A stretch of 28,328 nt of DNA from Candidatus Methanomethylicia archaeon (GTDB lineage: Archaea > Thermoproteota > Methanomethylicia > Culexarchaeales > Culexarchaeaceae): contig JAWBOZ010000002.1 of NCBI GenBank assembly GCA_038825625.1, positions 1 through 28,328 on the forward strand, in the 5' to 3' direction. The notes beneath the pieces were generated by a model. The model saw only the letters and a program-made list of their open reading frames with translations, was not told the DNA's origin and searched no databases. Positions 15,242 through 24,622 of the stretch are shown piece by piece; positions within the stretch are counted from its first letter, which is position 1; each line of letters begins with the position of its first letter. A program made the translations under genes and the position numbers.

Positions 15242-18200
15242 ATAAAGAGGCATTAATTCTTCCTTTAGCTATACTTTTCCTATTACTTATAACTCCATGC
15301 TCAATTTGCCAATTGTATTATCCTCTTGCTCCACCATTTAATGAGTTTCAATATTTATGCCATTCCCGTGGGACAGGGTATTACTCTTACTCTTATGATA
15401 TATATCGTGGTATGCTGAAGGGTTATTGCACATCCACTAAAAATATTGGTTCATTACTGGATGAGGCTGATTTAACTCTTTTCCTAAATGGTGTTTTTTC
15501 ATCCCCATTTAATGGTTTTATTAAAAGTTTACGTATAAGATACACATTTAAAGGTAAATTGTATGTTAAATCTATCTGTTTACCCAATACGTTTTCAGCT
15601 ATGGCTGAAGTTGGATTGTATGTAGATTTTACCAATTTAAGAGTAACTTTGACTTCTAAAACTTTAACCCTGTACTACTCTGGTGAAGATGAATACATTT
15701 TCTATGATGTGGGTAAGAGGGTGTTTAAAGATGTGAATCTAAAGGTTAGTAAAGGTGATCTTGTAGCTTTTTCAGTTATTTTATCTATACGTAGCATATC
15801 CACTGGAGCCTTAGAAGATTACGCATATTCTCTAGCGGACTTTATGAGTGGAGATTATGGTTTACTAATTTCCTTATCAATAGAATACCTAGAAGATTCA
15901 TATATTATTGGGTCAATAAATGCATCTAAGGCATATGTGAGTGATAATATTTTAATAGATGGATACTTGGTGAATAGTAACGGAAACGGTATAGCTCAAT
16001 CCACAATTAAACTATATATCGATGATAATTATATTTCATCAACATATACTGATAGCAATGGTCATTTTACTTTTTCATATACGATACCAATAGATATTGC
16101 CTCAGGGGAGAGAAAGTTTAAAGTTCTTTTTGAAGGAAATAACTATTACTCATCATCTGCAAAGGAGTTCACCGTGATCATACCGTCCTTTTCATTAAGT
16201 GCTTCAAAGTATAGTTTAAGAATACCTGTGGGATCCATTAGATATATAGATCTATACATTAACGATCTTTACGGTTATGATCTTCCGGTTGAAATAAATG
16301 TTGCTGCTCCACCAGATTGGTTGGATTACGGTCTTTTAGGAAATAATCCATCGGATCCTCCATTCCAGCTTTATTTGTATTTTATTGCTCGTGATGTAGG
16401 CGAAGCTGAAATAGAGATTTCTGCTAATGGTCCTGACGGTCAAGCTAAGAGAATAATTCTTCATATAGAAGGTTTCATGGAGCCAACATATACAATTTCA
16501 GTTACACCGGAGATTAATGAGGTTTTTCAAAGTTCATCAATACAATATAGCGTTGTAATAACTCCAATAAATGGTTATGAAGGTAATATAAACTTATATC
16601 TTGAACATGGAGGATTAATATGTTCATCATTTTTCTCTACAAATCCAGTGATGATCTCTTACTATGAAAAAACCGTCACTTTAACCATCACTGTAAATTC
16701 ATCTTCAAATGTGGGATTATATGATTTGATCGTTAAGGGTGTTGATAATAATGGCTTAACTATTTATAGTAATCCATTTAAACTTAATGTTAAAAGAGCT
16801 CCATATTTTAAAGTTTTTGTACAACCGAATTTCACATCGATATTTAATGATGAGTGGGCATTATTCCATGTTAATGTAACTGGATACAATAACTTTAATG
16901 GTATGGTGAATCTTGAAGTTTTATCTACTGAAAAATACTTTAAATACAATTTTTCGAAGAATCCTATATTTATATCCCCCTCAACTCCAACAGATGTTGT
17001 TAAGCTTAATGTATCATTAATAACTGATGTTAATGGATTGTTCCATTTAACTCTTCATGCATATTCAGATACTTATGAAGATTTCTATTCATTTACTATT
17101 GAAGTTAAATGTCGACCATTAATTAAATTACATTATATTAATTGGGTTTATGGTTCTTGGCATTATGAGAATAAGTTTTTACCTTATGAGGCTATGGGTA
17201 TCATAGTTAAATATGATCCCCTGAAAAACTGCTCCCTAATTTTGCCTCAAAGAGTGTTTGGAGAATTTAATTCCTCCAAAATAGATTTTACCACAGATAA
17301 TAATGGTTCACGCAGTTTTATAGTATTCTTAAATGGTTTGAATTGTCCCATTGGTTTATATGAAATACTCCTTTTGGATGATTCAAACAATATTATTGGT
17401 AAAAGCCACTTTCATGTTGATGGATTAAAATTGAGTTACTCAACTTATAACGATTATAGTCATAATGACATTAATTTTTATCTCCATTGGAATGTTGATA
17501 ATACTCCCTTGAGATTTAGAAATAGAACTCTTGAGGCTGTTTTAAACTCCTCAATTGGTGTTTTTAGAGGATACTTCATTGATGATTATGGAGTTATAAA
17601 GGTAAAAGTCCCACCATTAAAATTTAGTGAAGATTTAAATTATTCAATATATTATGCAAATTCATCATTTAAAGTTAAATCCACAAATTCAACTTTCCTC
17701 TTCACAATCATACCATTCAAGAATATCTTGTGTGATCTCTATAGTTTTGTTTCCAAAGACTTCAATTTTAATTTGAAAATGAGATTTTACTATTCCTCTG
17801 GGGATCCGGCAAAGGTTGAGATTTTAACTTTAATTTATTATGGAAATGTTGTTAATACTATTAGATCCACAAGTGATGATTATGGTTTTTCATCCATAAC
17901 CTTCAATACAAGTTTCTCCCGAAATATCACTATTAAATTAATGTTTAGAGATGTCAACACAGCTTTTGTTTCAAGGATTGGTGATTCCTGCAATTTAGTT
18001 TGGAATGAGATTATAGGTGTCTTATGTAATGTTAACTTTTATGACAATTATGTTGAATTTGCCTTGATCTCATCGTCAAAATTCATGGACTTGAGCTGCA
18101 TCCTTTACGTTACTTTTTATGATAATTTTGATAATGTTTATTACTCGTATTCCATGCCTGTCTCTTTGATTCATGGATCTATATCATATATTCCATTTCC

Positions 18201-18306
18201 ACTCTCAAAAGCTACTTCAAAAATTTATTTCAGCATTTTCTCCCATGGCAACAAACTTTTTGAAGGGTATTGGGTTAGGGGTGAATTTTCATGGAAGATG
18301 TTGTAG
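15238..18306 (+). CDS. Large secreted Ig-like repeat protein (~1022 aa), candidate pilus adhesin or S-layer-like component
   Basis: Start GTG 15238 (GTGA overlap with the TadC stop; ATG 15235 possible) gives a Sec-type signal VNKEALILPLAILFLLLITPCSIC. One Big-like domain, three tandem ~100-aa beta repeats, many N-x-S/T sequons, no C-terminal TM anchor. Confidence 0.75.
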   Translation: MNKEALILPLAILFLLLITPCSICQLYYPLAPPFNEFQYLCHSRGTGYYSYSYDIYRGMLKGYCTSTKNIGSLLDEADLTLFLNGVFSSPFNGFIKSLRIRYTFKGKLYVKSICLPNTFSAMAEVGLYVDFTNLRVTLTSKTLTLYYSGEDEYIFYDVGKRVFKDVNLKVSKGDLVAFSVILSIRSISTGALEDYAYSLADFMSGDYGLLISLSIEYLEDSYIIGSINASKAYVSDNILIDGYLVNSNGNGIAQSTIKLYIDDNYISSTYTDSNGHFTFSYTIPIDIASGERKFKVLFEGNNYYSSSAKEFTVIIPSFSLSASKYSLRIPVGSIRYIDLYINDLYGYDLPVEINVAAPPDWLDYGLLGNNPSDPPFQLYLYFIARDVGEAEIEISANGPDGQAKRIILHIEGFMEPTYTISVTPEINEVFQSSSIQYSVVITPINGYEGNINLYLEHGGLICSSFFSTNPVMISYYEKTVTLTITVNSSSNVGLYDLIVKGVDNNGLTIYSNPFKLNVKRAPYFKVFVQPNFTSIFNDEWALFHVNVTGYNNFNGMVNLEVLSTEKYFKYNFSKNPIFISPSTPTDVVKLNVSLITDVNGLFHLTLHAYSDTYEDFYSFTIEVKCRPLIKLHYINWVYGSWHYENKFLPYEAMGIIVKYDPLKNCSLILPQRVFGEFNSSKIDFTTDNNGSRSFIVFLNGLNCPIGLYEILLLDDSNNIIGKSHFHVDGLKLSYSTYNDYSHNDINFYLHWNVDNTPLRFRNRTLEAVLNSSIGVFRGYFIDDYGVIKVKVPPLKFSEDLNYSIYYANSSFKVKSTNSTFLFTIIPFKNILCDLYSFVSKDFNFNLKMRFYYSSGDPAKVEILTLIYYGNVVNTIRSTSDDYGFSSITFNTSFSRNITIKLMFRDVNTAFVSRIGDSCNLVWNEIIGVLCNVNFYDNYVEFALISSSKFMDLSCILYVTFYDNFDNVYYSYSMPVSLIHGSISYIPFPLSKATSKIYFSIFSHGNKLFEGYWVRGEFSWKML
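16189..17109 (+). repeat. Three tandem ~100-aa Ig-like protein repeats within the large secreted protein
   Basis: Repeats begin at 16189 (FSLSASKYSLRIPVGSIRYIDLYINDLYGYDLPVEINV), 16489 (YTISVTPEINEVFQSSSIQYSVVITPINGYEGNINLYL) and 16807 (FKVFVQPNFTSIFNDEWALFHVNVTGYNNFNGMVNLEV). Similarity is at protein level only. Confidence 0.7.
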
Positions 18307-19652
18307 AATATGTTTTTGTCGCTTTCATGTTTTTTCTATTAATATCCTCCAGCACCATCTTTATTGGATTCTTGGCTAAAAATTATATAATTAGATCAAA
18401 ACCAGATATTGAGCTTATATTTGATACTATTACTTCCATCTTAGCTCCTGAGAACTGTCTAGACCCAATTTTAATGCAATCATTATGTAAAAATTACTCT
18501 CTTACTTTTGGATATTACTTGGGTTATGATGAATTTAGAGATTTGATTAATTTTGAGGATTTCTCTTTCTCAATATTAATTACACCACCATTACACGTGG
18601 ATATTTCTTTCAAAGACGGTTTTATAATAATTAATTCATTTAATGTTTTTAATGATGTTCCTTGTGGAGATATTGCTTATATTCATATATTCCATAACAA
18701 TAATTTTAATCAAAGTTTTCATATACACTTAGATAGTGGTGTGGGAGGCTTATTCTTAGGGTTTAAGCCAGAACTAGCCGTGGTCTTTGTTGAATATGGT
18801 CCATTATTTGGTGTCGGAGTTTTTGGAGATTATAGAGTTTCTTATGGGTCATTTTTAAATGGTTTCATATTTCTATCATCTTTAGAGAGGAATTTAGGGT
18901 ATAGTCTAATGGATGGTGTTATTGGTGGAAGCATATACACAAATATTACGGATGAGGGTTTAATCTTTTATACTAGGGAATTCAGTCATGATTTTAACAT
19001 TTTTCATGGATACTTAAATGTATCCACATTTTTCAGAGGGTTTGGAAGTATCAGGGTTGATTTTGGGGTTTGTTCAAAAGATTATGATAACTTCACAATA
19101 ATAATCAGTGATTATTTTTCAATAAGCTCCATTAATATTGAAAGATATGATTTAAGGATTCCAATACACAGTAATTTTCATGGAAGCAATCTTAGGATGT
19201 TTTTAAAGTTTACTCGTATTGATGGTGAAATATACATATACTTTGGAGGATGGTCTGCTCAATCAAATTTCACACTAAATTGTGATATACCTTTATTTTC
19301 TAAAAATATCCTAATTCCAACACCACTATCACATAATTTATGGTCTTTATGGTTTGATCATTTTAAAAATCTTAATGATTATTATGAGATTCAAATGCCT
19401 TGTATACTTGTATATACTTTTAACTCAACATATCACATAATGTTTCTACCATACCTGAACATTTCCATAGGTTTCATGATAGGTAAAGGGGAATACTTTA
19501 GATTTTTAACTTTTGATAAACATGTCATTCTATGTATAATGAGTACTTACTCCAATACTTTAGGATTTAATTGTAAGTTAATTGAAAATTTCCTTCCCCT
19601 CCTCATGGAAATTTATAAAGCTGTTAATATTGGGTGGATTGCTCATGAATAA
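18291..19652 (+). CDS. Large pilin-like/minor pilin protein (453 aa) with an N-terminal membrane helix
   Basis: MEDVVEYVFVAFMFFLLISSSTIFIGFL has an EY motif before a hydrophobic helix, as in TadE/G-type pilins, but no basic leader. GGGGTGA RBS; beta-rich body with sequons. Confidence 0.6.
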   Translation: MEDVVEYVFVAFMFFLLISSSTIFIGFLAKNYIIRSKPDIELIFDTITSILAPENCLDPILMQSLCKNYSLTFGYYLGYDEFRDLINFEDFSFSILITPPLHVDISFKDGFIIINSFNVFNDVPCGDIAYIHIFHNNNFNQSFHIHLDSGVGGLFLGFKPELAVVFVEYGPLFGVGVFGDYRVSYGSFLNGFIFLSSLERNLGYSLMDGVIGGSIYTNITDEGLIFYTREFSHDFNIFHGYLNVSTFFRGFGSIRVDFGVCSKDYDNFTIIISDYFSISSINIERYDLRIPIHSNFHGSNLRMFLKFTRIDGEIYIYFGGWSAQSNFTLNCDIPLFSKNILIPTPLSHNLWSLWFDHFKNLNDYYEIQMPCILVYTFNSTYHIMFLPYLNISIGFMIGKGEYFRFLTFDKHVILCIMSTYSNTLGFNCKLIENFLPLLMEIYKAVNIGWIAHE

Positions 19653-20034
19653 TTTTGGGATTTCAAAGATAACTGAACTTTTGTTAGCTATGGTTATAAT
19701 TTCTTCCACTTCCACCCTACTAACTTCTTTTAGTTATAATATGGTGGGAGGTGAAGATCTTTACTCAATAACTTTTAGATTATTTTCAACATTAGAGAGT
19801 CATGGATATCTAACCATATTAGTATTCTCAAATAATTGGGATGACCTTGTGAACTATATAAAACCTTTACTGCCCAGCAACATATATTTCAAAATTTCTG
19901 TCTACGATGAAGACTTAAACGAAATCTTTTCTTATGGAGTAACTCCTTACAATTTTACTCAAGTAGTCTCTGTGCCATTTTTATTGAGTTATAGGGGGGT
20001 GACTAGAATAATTGTTCTCCAAATTTGGAGATAA
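19645..20034 (+). CDS. Minor pilin-like protein (129 aa)
   Basis: Start moved from 19582 to ATG 19645 (RBS GGGTGGA): MNNFG|ISKITELLLAMVII. Body has LESHGYL...WDDL..YIKPLLPSN and ends in VLQIWR. Confidence 0.7.
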   Translation: MNNFGISKITELLLAMVIISSTSTLLTSFSYNMVGGEDLYSITFRLFSTLESHGYLTILVFSNNWDDLVNYIKPLLPSNIYFKISVYDEDLNEIFSYGVTPYNFTQVVSVPFLLSYRGVTRIIVLQIWR

Positions 20035-20677
20035 AGGGCAAATAATAATCATTTTTTCAATTTTATACGTTGTTTTACTCTATCAGTTATCATATTCAAT
20101 TCCACATTATTCCCCCAATGTTTATTTCTCAAAAGATTATATTGATATGATAAATATCATGATAAAGAGATCTGCATGTGAAGCCTTCGTTTTTTCCATT
20201 AATGGTGGAAATTTTTCTGAACGATTATCATTGAATTTTAAGGTGTTGGAACATTTTTATCCATTATTAATAGATGTGCTTTCATACAAACTAACCTTTA
20301 AGGAGGATTTGGTGTATGCTGAAATAAACTTCTATGTATATGACTTTAAATTTAATTGCAAATATTATTTTAATTGCAATTTTTGTCTCGGTTTAGTAAT
20401 AAATAGTATTGAGCCATTCACTTCACCATTACCATCTATGAGAGGATTGAAAATTAATGTTAAAATTTTTGGTGATGATGAAATCTTTAATTATCCATTA
20501 AACTTCACAGTTTCTTATTCCTACAATCAATACCCTCTAACTATATATCCGCAGGTGCAATACTTGCAGGATCAAACCTATGCACTTATCTTCGTAATTC
20601 CCATAAATATTGACGTTTTCACCTTAAATATTTCTGATTGGAGGGGGGTGCACATTAATGTTAAAATCAAATACTAA
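20012..20677 (+). CDS. Minor pilin with class III signal peptide
   Basis: DKG|QIIIIFSILYVVLLY: canonical K-G|Q followed by a hydrophobic helix. Confidence 0.75.
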   Translation: MFSKFGDKGQIIIIFSILYVVLLYQLSYSIPHYSPNVYFSKDYIDMINIMIKRSACEAFVFSINGGNFSERLSLNFKVLEHFYPLLIDVLSYKLTFKEDLVYAEINFYVYDFKFNCKYYFNCNFCLGLVINSIEPFTSPLPSMRGLKINVKIFGDDEIFNYPLNFTVSYSYNQYPLTIYPQVQYLQDQTYALIFVIPINIDVFTLNISDWRGVHINVKIKY

Positions 20678-21329
20678 TGGACTCTCAAATATAATCTCCA
20701 GTTTAATAATATGTTCAACATTTCTGTTTCTCTCATTAACCATGTTCTATTTTGGGTCTTCTTATATAGGTGTATTGCAATCCAATTTGAAAATGGAATC
20801 TTCCATAAACTTTTTACGTAATGTTAGATTGCAAATGAATAGATTGTCATTCATTAATGATTCCATAACCATTTTCAATTCTAACTACATAATTCATTTC
20901 CTTGAACAAGGAAACATAACCATATTTATCAATGATATCTGTATTGGTGTTTTCCCATATGGCTCCATGGCGATCTATACCTATTATTCTTCATCACCAA
21001 TACATATTAATGATTTTATAAGGTTTAATGATACTTGTGGCTTAATATTTAAGTCTGATAATAAGATAGGTTTTGCACCATCCATTTCAATAGTTAATTT
21101 TGGCTCTAATTTTTACATGAAATTCTTCATAATTAGGGATTTTAAATGTATTAATAGATCATTCCATATACTTATCAAAAATATTTCTAAGAATCGCTAC
21201 ATTATTCAATGTAATGGATTTTTGAATGTAAGTGTTACTGGTTTCTATAATATTTCTAAGAATCTAAATGTTTATGGCACCATAAATCTCCTTTTTGAAT
21301 TAGTTTTCTTTGAGGTGATTCCCATATGA
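20658..21329 (+). CDS. Minor pilin-like protein
   Basis: MLKSNTNG|LSNIISSLIICSTFLFLSLTMFYF; 7 N-x-S/T sequons (NDS, NIT, NDT, NRS, NIS, NVS, NIS). Confidence 0.7.
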   Translation: MLKSNTNGLSNIISSLIICSTFLFLSLTMFYFGSSYIGVLQSNLKMESSINFLRNVRLQMNRLSFINDSITIFNSNYIIHFLEQGNITIFINDICIGVFPYGSMAIYTYYSSSPIHINDFIRFNDTCGLIFKSDNKIGFAPSISIVNFGSNFYMKFFIIRDFKCINRSFHILIKNISKNRYIIQCNGFLNVSVTGFYNISKNLNVYGTINLLFELVFFEVIPI

Positions 21330-21997
21330 TCTCTTCAGAAGTTTTTTCATCCATAATTTTGGTTAGCGTCATTTTAGTTGTTGGCATTTTAGGTGCTCAG
21401 ATATATACTTCATATCATAATGCCACTATGATCTCTTTTGAATTGAAGGATGTTGAATCCTTTTTTAGAGCTTTGGTATATAATTTAAATTCCCTAACGC
21501 CTATGGTTTATGAATTCTCCCTTAAACATGGAATCATAGAATTCTATGCGAATGGTTTCCAATATTTATTTTTTAATAATGAGACTATTTTTGCATCCTA
21601 TGTATTTATTATAAGATATAATTGTATACATAGGATTTATCCATCTCAAAAGCTAATTATTCATAGTGGGAATCTAACATACCTATCATATTCAATAATT
21701 GGTTATGATAATCACCTCGAATTACATTTATACCCAATTTTTATGAGTGAAAATGATTCAATTATTGTTTATACAATAGTCTTTAATGTTAATTCTTCTT
21801 TAAAAATTGTTGAAGGTGCATTTAGTTTCACACCAAAATTATCTATAATTAAACGTTCATGTAGTTTTCTTGAACCTAGATGGGTTTACACATTTCTCCA
21901 ATATAAAAATGATTCTTTTCAAAGATATTATCTTGCTCACATATTTCATCCATTGATTTTATATTGTGGAGTGATTTTGGTGGATGTTAAAGGGTGA
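21326..21997 (+). CDS. Minor pilin-like protein without a leader peptide
   Basis: MISSEVFSSIILVSVILVVGILGAQIY resembles the pilin 'SEV..IILVSI' helix. GAGGTGA RBS; ATGA overlap with the upstream gene; 6 sequons. Confidence 0.7.
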   Translation: MISSEVFSSIILVSVILVVGILGAQIYTSYHNATMISFELKDVESFFRALVYNLNSLTPMVYEFSLKHGIIEFYANGFQYLFFNNETIFASYVFIIRYNCIHRIYPSQKLIIHSGNLTYLSYSIIGYDNHLELHLYPIFMSENDSIIVYTIVFNVNSSLKIVEGAFSFTPKLSIIKRSCSFLEPRWVYTFLQYKNDSFQRYYLAHIFHPLILYCGVILVDVKG

Positions 21998-22002
21998 CAA
22001 TT

Positions 22003-22425
22003 ATGAGCAATATTATTTCCAATTGTATTTTAACATGTAGTTTTATTTTATCCATCTTCTTTGCTCTATCTTCCATAAACGTTTATTGTAGCAATATTTT
22101 ATACGGAGACCAAGTATATTATTTGACGTTATATTTCATTAGGGAATCAATTAAGTGTAACGTTTATAATTGCAGGAATTTAGGTTTTCAATCGTTTATG
22201 CTTTTAAGGATAAATATTTATCCTAAACTTATTGGGTTTACAATTTCAATAGATAATTATACATTACTCTTATCTAATGAAAATAAAAATATGCTTTTTA
22301 AAGTTCAATTATATCATATTAGCAACGTAATATATGTTCACTCTGAAGTATTGATATTCAATGAATATCTTTTTATCTCCATAACGAATAATGATGGTTT
22401 AATATTTATTGAACTTAAGGGTTAA
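22003..22425 (+). CDS. Minor pilin-like protein without a leader peptide (140 aa)
   Basis: GGGTGA RBS (21992-21997) favours ATG 22003 over GTG 21994. MSNIISNCILTCSFILSIFFAL parallels LSNIISSLIICSTFLFL of the 20658 gene. Confidence 0.6.
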   Translation: MSNIISNCILTCSFILSIFFALSSINVYCSNILYGDQVYYLTLYFIRESIKCNVYNCRNLGFQSFMLLRINIYPKLIGFTISIDNYTLLLSNENKNMLFKVQLYHISNVIYVHSEVLIFNEYLFISITNNDGLIFIELKG

Positions 22426-22460
22426 TCATTTACTACATGAATCTTCCATGTCTCAGTCCT

Positions 22461-24608
22461 CTAGATCGCCTTATCCTCCTCTATTTGGCTTTTTATTTTC
22501 TTTATTGTTTCTTCACCCATTAATGGTATCCTTCTTAAATCTTCAATTTTTGCTCTTCTTAAGTCTTCTATGCCTCTGTATCCTGCTCTATATAGCATTC
22601 TTGCTCTAATTCTCCCTATACCTCTTAATTGCACAAGTTCAAGTAGTTCTGTTTTGCAGCCATATTCTAATCTCATGGTTATCTCCTCAAGTTTCCCCAC
22701 ATGCGCTTTTAACCCTAAAACTTTACATATTTCTGCCGCTGAATACATTAGCCATTGTGCTGTACTTGCAAGCATATATATGTCGCCTGAGCCTACATCA
22801 TACTTCTCTATGATCACATCTTCCTTCTCTTCATTTATCCAGTCATTTAGCATCATTGCGGTCTTTAACGCTTCTAAATATGATGTTTCGCTTTCATCCA
22901 TAATCTTTAAAACATCTATAAGCAACTCATCTTTCTTATCCAGGGCCTTTGACAAGAGATCTCTTCTATCCCTTCTTGTTAAATACAATCTTGGTACATC
23001 TGGAGTTGTTGATATCAAATGTAGGTATGCCAATTCCTTAGCAGCTGTACTTCTTCTCTTCAATCCATCTATGATATATACTGCTGATAATGGGTCTATG
23101 TATAATTCTGACACCCTTAACCCAAGTTTTGTGGAATATATGTATTCGCCATCAAATCTTATCATGCCATTTTCCAATAGGAATTTCAATACATTTTTAA
23201 GGGTATTCCTTATATGGATTCCACTTCCATATTGATGATAATAAAATGTTCTTTCTAGAAATTTAATTATTCCCTCCTCTGTTTTCACAAAGTCCGTGGC
23301 TATTATTGCCAATATATGTGATCTTAAAGCTGGTTCAGAAGCTAGTCTTGACCATATTCTCTCAGGTGGTGCTTTCACGTAATTTTCAAAAAGAAAATCC
23401 TTTTCCTCCTCTGTTCTCGCTATTAATATGGCGTCACCATTTTCATCGTATTTAGGTCTTCCAGCTCTACCAGACATTTGATGGTATTCAAGAATAGGTA
23501 TTATTTGGCTTCCTATACTACTATCATATCTATGATACCTCTTTATTATTACTCTTCTGGCTGGAAGATTTACTCCTGCGGCAAGTGTTGGTGTTGCGCA
23601 TATGGCTTTTATATTAAATTCTCTAAATGCTTTTTCAATGGTATTTCGTTGGTGGCTTGATAGTCCTGCATGATGGAAGGCAACACCACTCTTTATACAT
23701 GTGGCTAATTGTTCACTTATTCTTGTGGTTTCCTCTGAAGTAATTATTTCATCAGCTATTTCCATTAATTTCCTTTTCTCATCTGATTTTATATATCTAG
23801 ATACTAATGGTATTAGTTTTAATGCTGTTTCCTTAGCATCATTCCTAGTATTTGTAAATATAAGTACTTGTCCACCCTCCTCTAGGGTTTGTCTTGTCAA
23901 TGCATGGCATGGATCCATCTTCTCCTTTGAAACTTCTACAACACTTTGATCTTCATATATTATTTTTTGGTCCATATATACTCCCTTCTTTAAAGATACC
24001 GGTCTCCAATCACTCCTCACTAATTCCGCTTTCAACCATTCTGCTATTTCTTCCGAATTCCTTATTGTTGCACTTAATCCTATTAATTGGGCTCTTGGAT
24101 TTATTAATTGTAATCTTGATAATACAACTTCCAGTGTTGGGCCTCTATCAGGGTCGTTTAGAAGATGTATTTCATCTGCTATTACAACCTTTATCTCGTT
24201 TATCCATGAAGGTTTACTTCTAAGTATACTATCCGCCTTCTCATTGGTCATGACAATTATATCATAATTTTTAAGCCATGGTTCTGTACTGTCATAATCT
24301 CCAGTACTTATTGTTATTTTTATTCCTATTTCGCTGTATTTTTGCAGGTCTTCATATTTTTCTGAGGCTAATGCCTTTAACGGTGTTAAATATATTGCTT
24401 TCCCTCCATCCTCAGTTAACTTCTTCGTAATAGCTAATTCTGCTATTAAAGTTTTTCCGGAGGCTGTGGGTGCTTCTATGATTAAATTTTTACCGTTAAA
24501 TAAACCACATTCTATAGCTTTTATCTGTGGTGGGTACAGTTCATTTATACCACTTTTTAATAATACCCTTTTTATATTGTTTGATATTGGCAGATCATTT
24601 ATTTTAAT
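22461..24608 (-). CDS. hel308: Ski2-like SF2 DNA helicase Hel308/Hjm (715 aa), probable ATT start
   Basis: The track ORF (start 24251) lacks motif I. The frame stays open upstream through ELYPPQIKAI, EAPTASGKTLIAEL and YLTPLKALASEK to ATT 24608 (MKINDLPIS; GGAGGG RBS 6 nt upstream). DEIH, GLSAT, FHHAGL, TPTLAAGVNLPA, QMSGRAGRP and a C-terminal HhH (RGIGRIRAR) follow. Confidence 0.95.
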   Translation of the reverse strand: MKINDLPISNNIKRVLLKSGINELYPPQIKAIECGLFNGKNLIIEAPTASGKTLIAELAITKKLTEDGGKAIYLTPLKALASEKYEDLQKYSEIGIKITISTGDYDSTEPWLKNYDIIVMTNEKADSILRSKPSWINEIKVVIADEIHLLNDPDRGPTLEVVLSRLQLINPRAQLIGLSATIRNSEEIAEWLKAELVRSDWRPVSLKKGVYMDQKIIYEDQSVVEVSKEKMDPCHALTRQTLEEGGQVLIFTNTRNDAKETALKLIPLVSRYIKSDEKRKLMEIADEIITSEETTRISEQLATCIKSGVAFHHAGLSSHQRNTIEKAFREFNIKAICATPTLAAGVNLPARRVIIKRYHRYDSSIGSQIIPILEYHQMSGRAGRPKYDENGDAILIARTEEEKDFLFENYVKAPPERIWSRLASEPALRSHILAIIATDFVKTEEGIIKFLERTFYYHQYGSGIHIRNTLKNVLKFLLENGMIRFDGEYIYSTKLGLRVSELYIDPLSAVYIIDGLKRRSTAAKELAYLHLISTTPDVPRLYLTRRDRRDLLSKALDKKDELLIDVLKIMDESETSYLEALKTAMMLNDWINEEKEDVIIEKYDVGSGDIYMLASTAQWLMYSAAEICKVLGLKAHVGKLEEITMRLEYGCKTELLELVQLRGIGRIRARMLYRAGYRGIEDLRRAKIEDLRRIPLMGEETIKKIKSQIEEDKAI

Positions 24609-24622
24609 CCTCTTCCCTCCAT

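Noticed and set aside
22461-24608. hel308 as a 5'-truncated pseudogene or frameshifted gene
   Set aside because: The upstream 119 codons are in the same open frame, retain all helicase motifs, and have a strong RBS before ATT.
22003-24608. Functional link between Hel308 and the pilus (DNA uptake, by analogy with the Sulfolobus ups neighbourhood)
   Set aside because: hel308 is convergent with the pilus operon and coupled to gins23-mcm. No DNA-uptake genes (CedA/B, ComEC, DprA) are in the window, so adjacency alone is insufficient.
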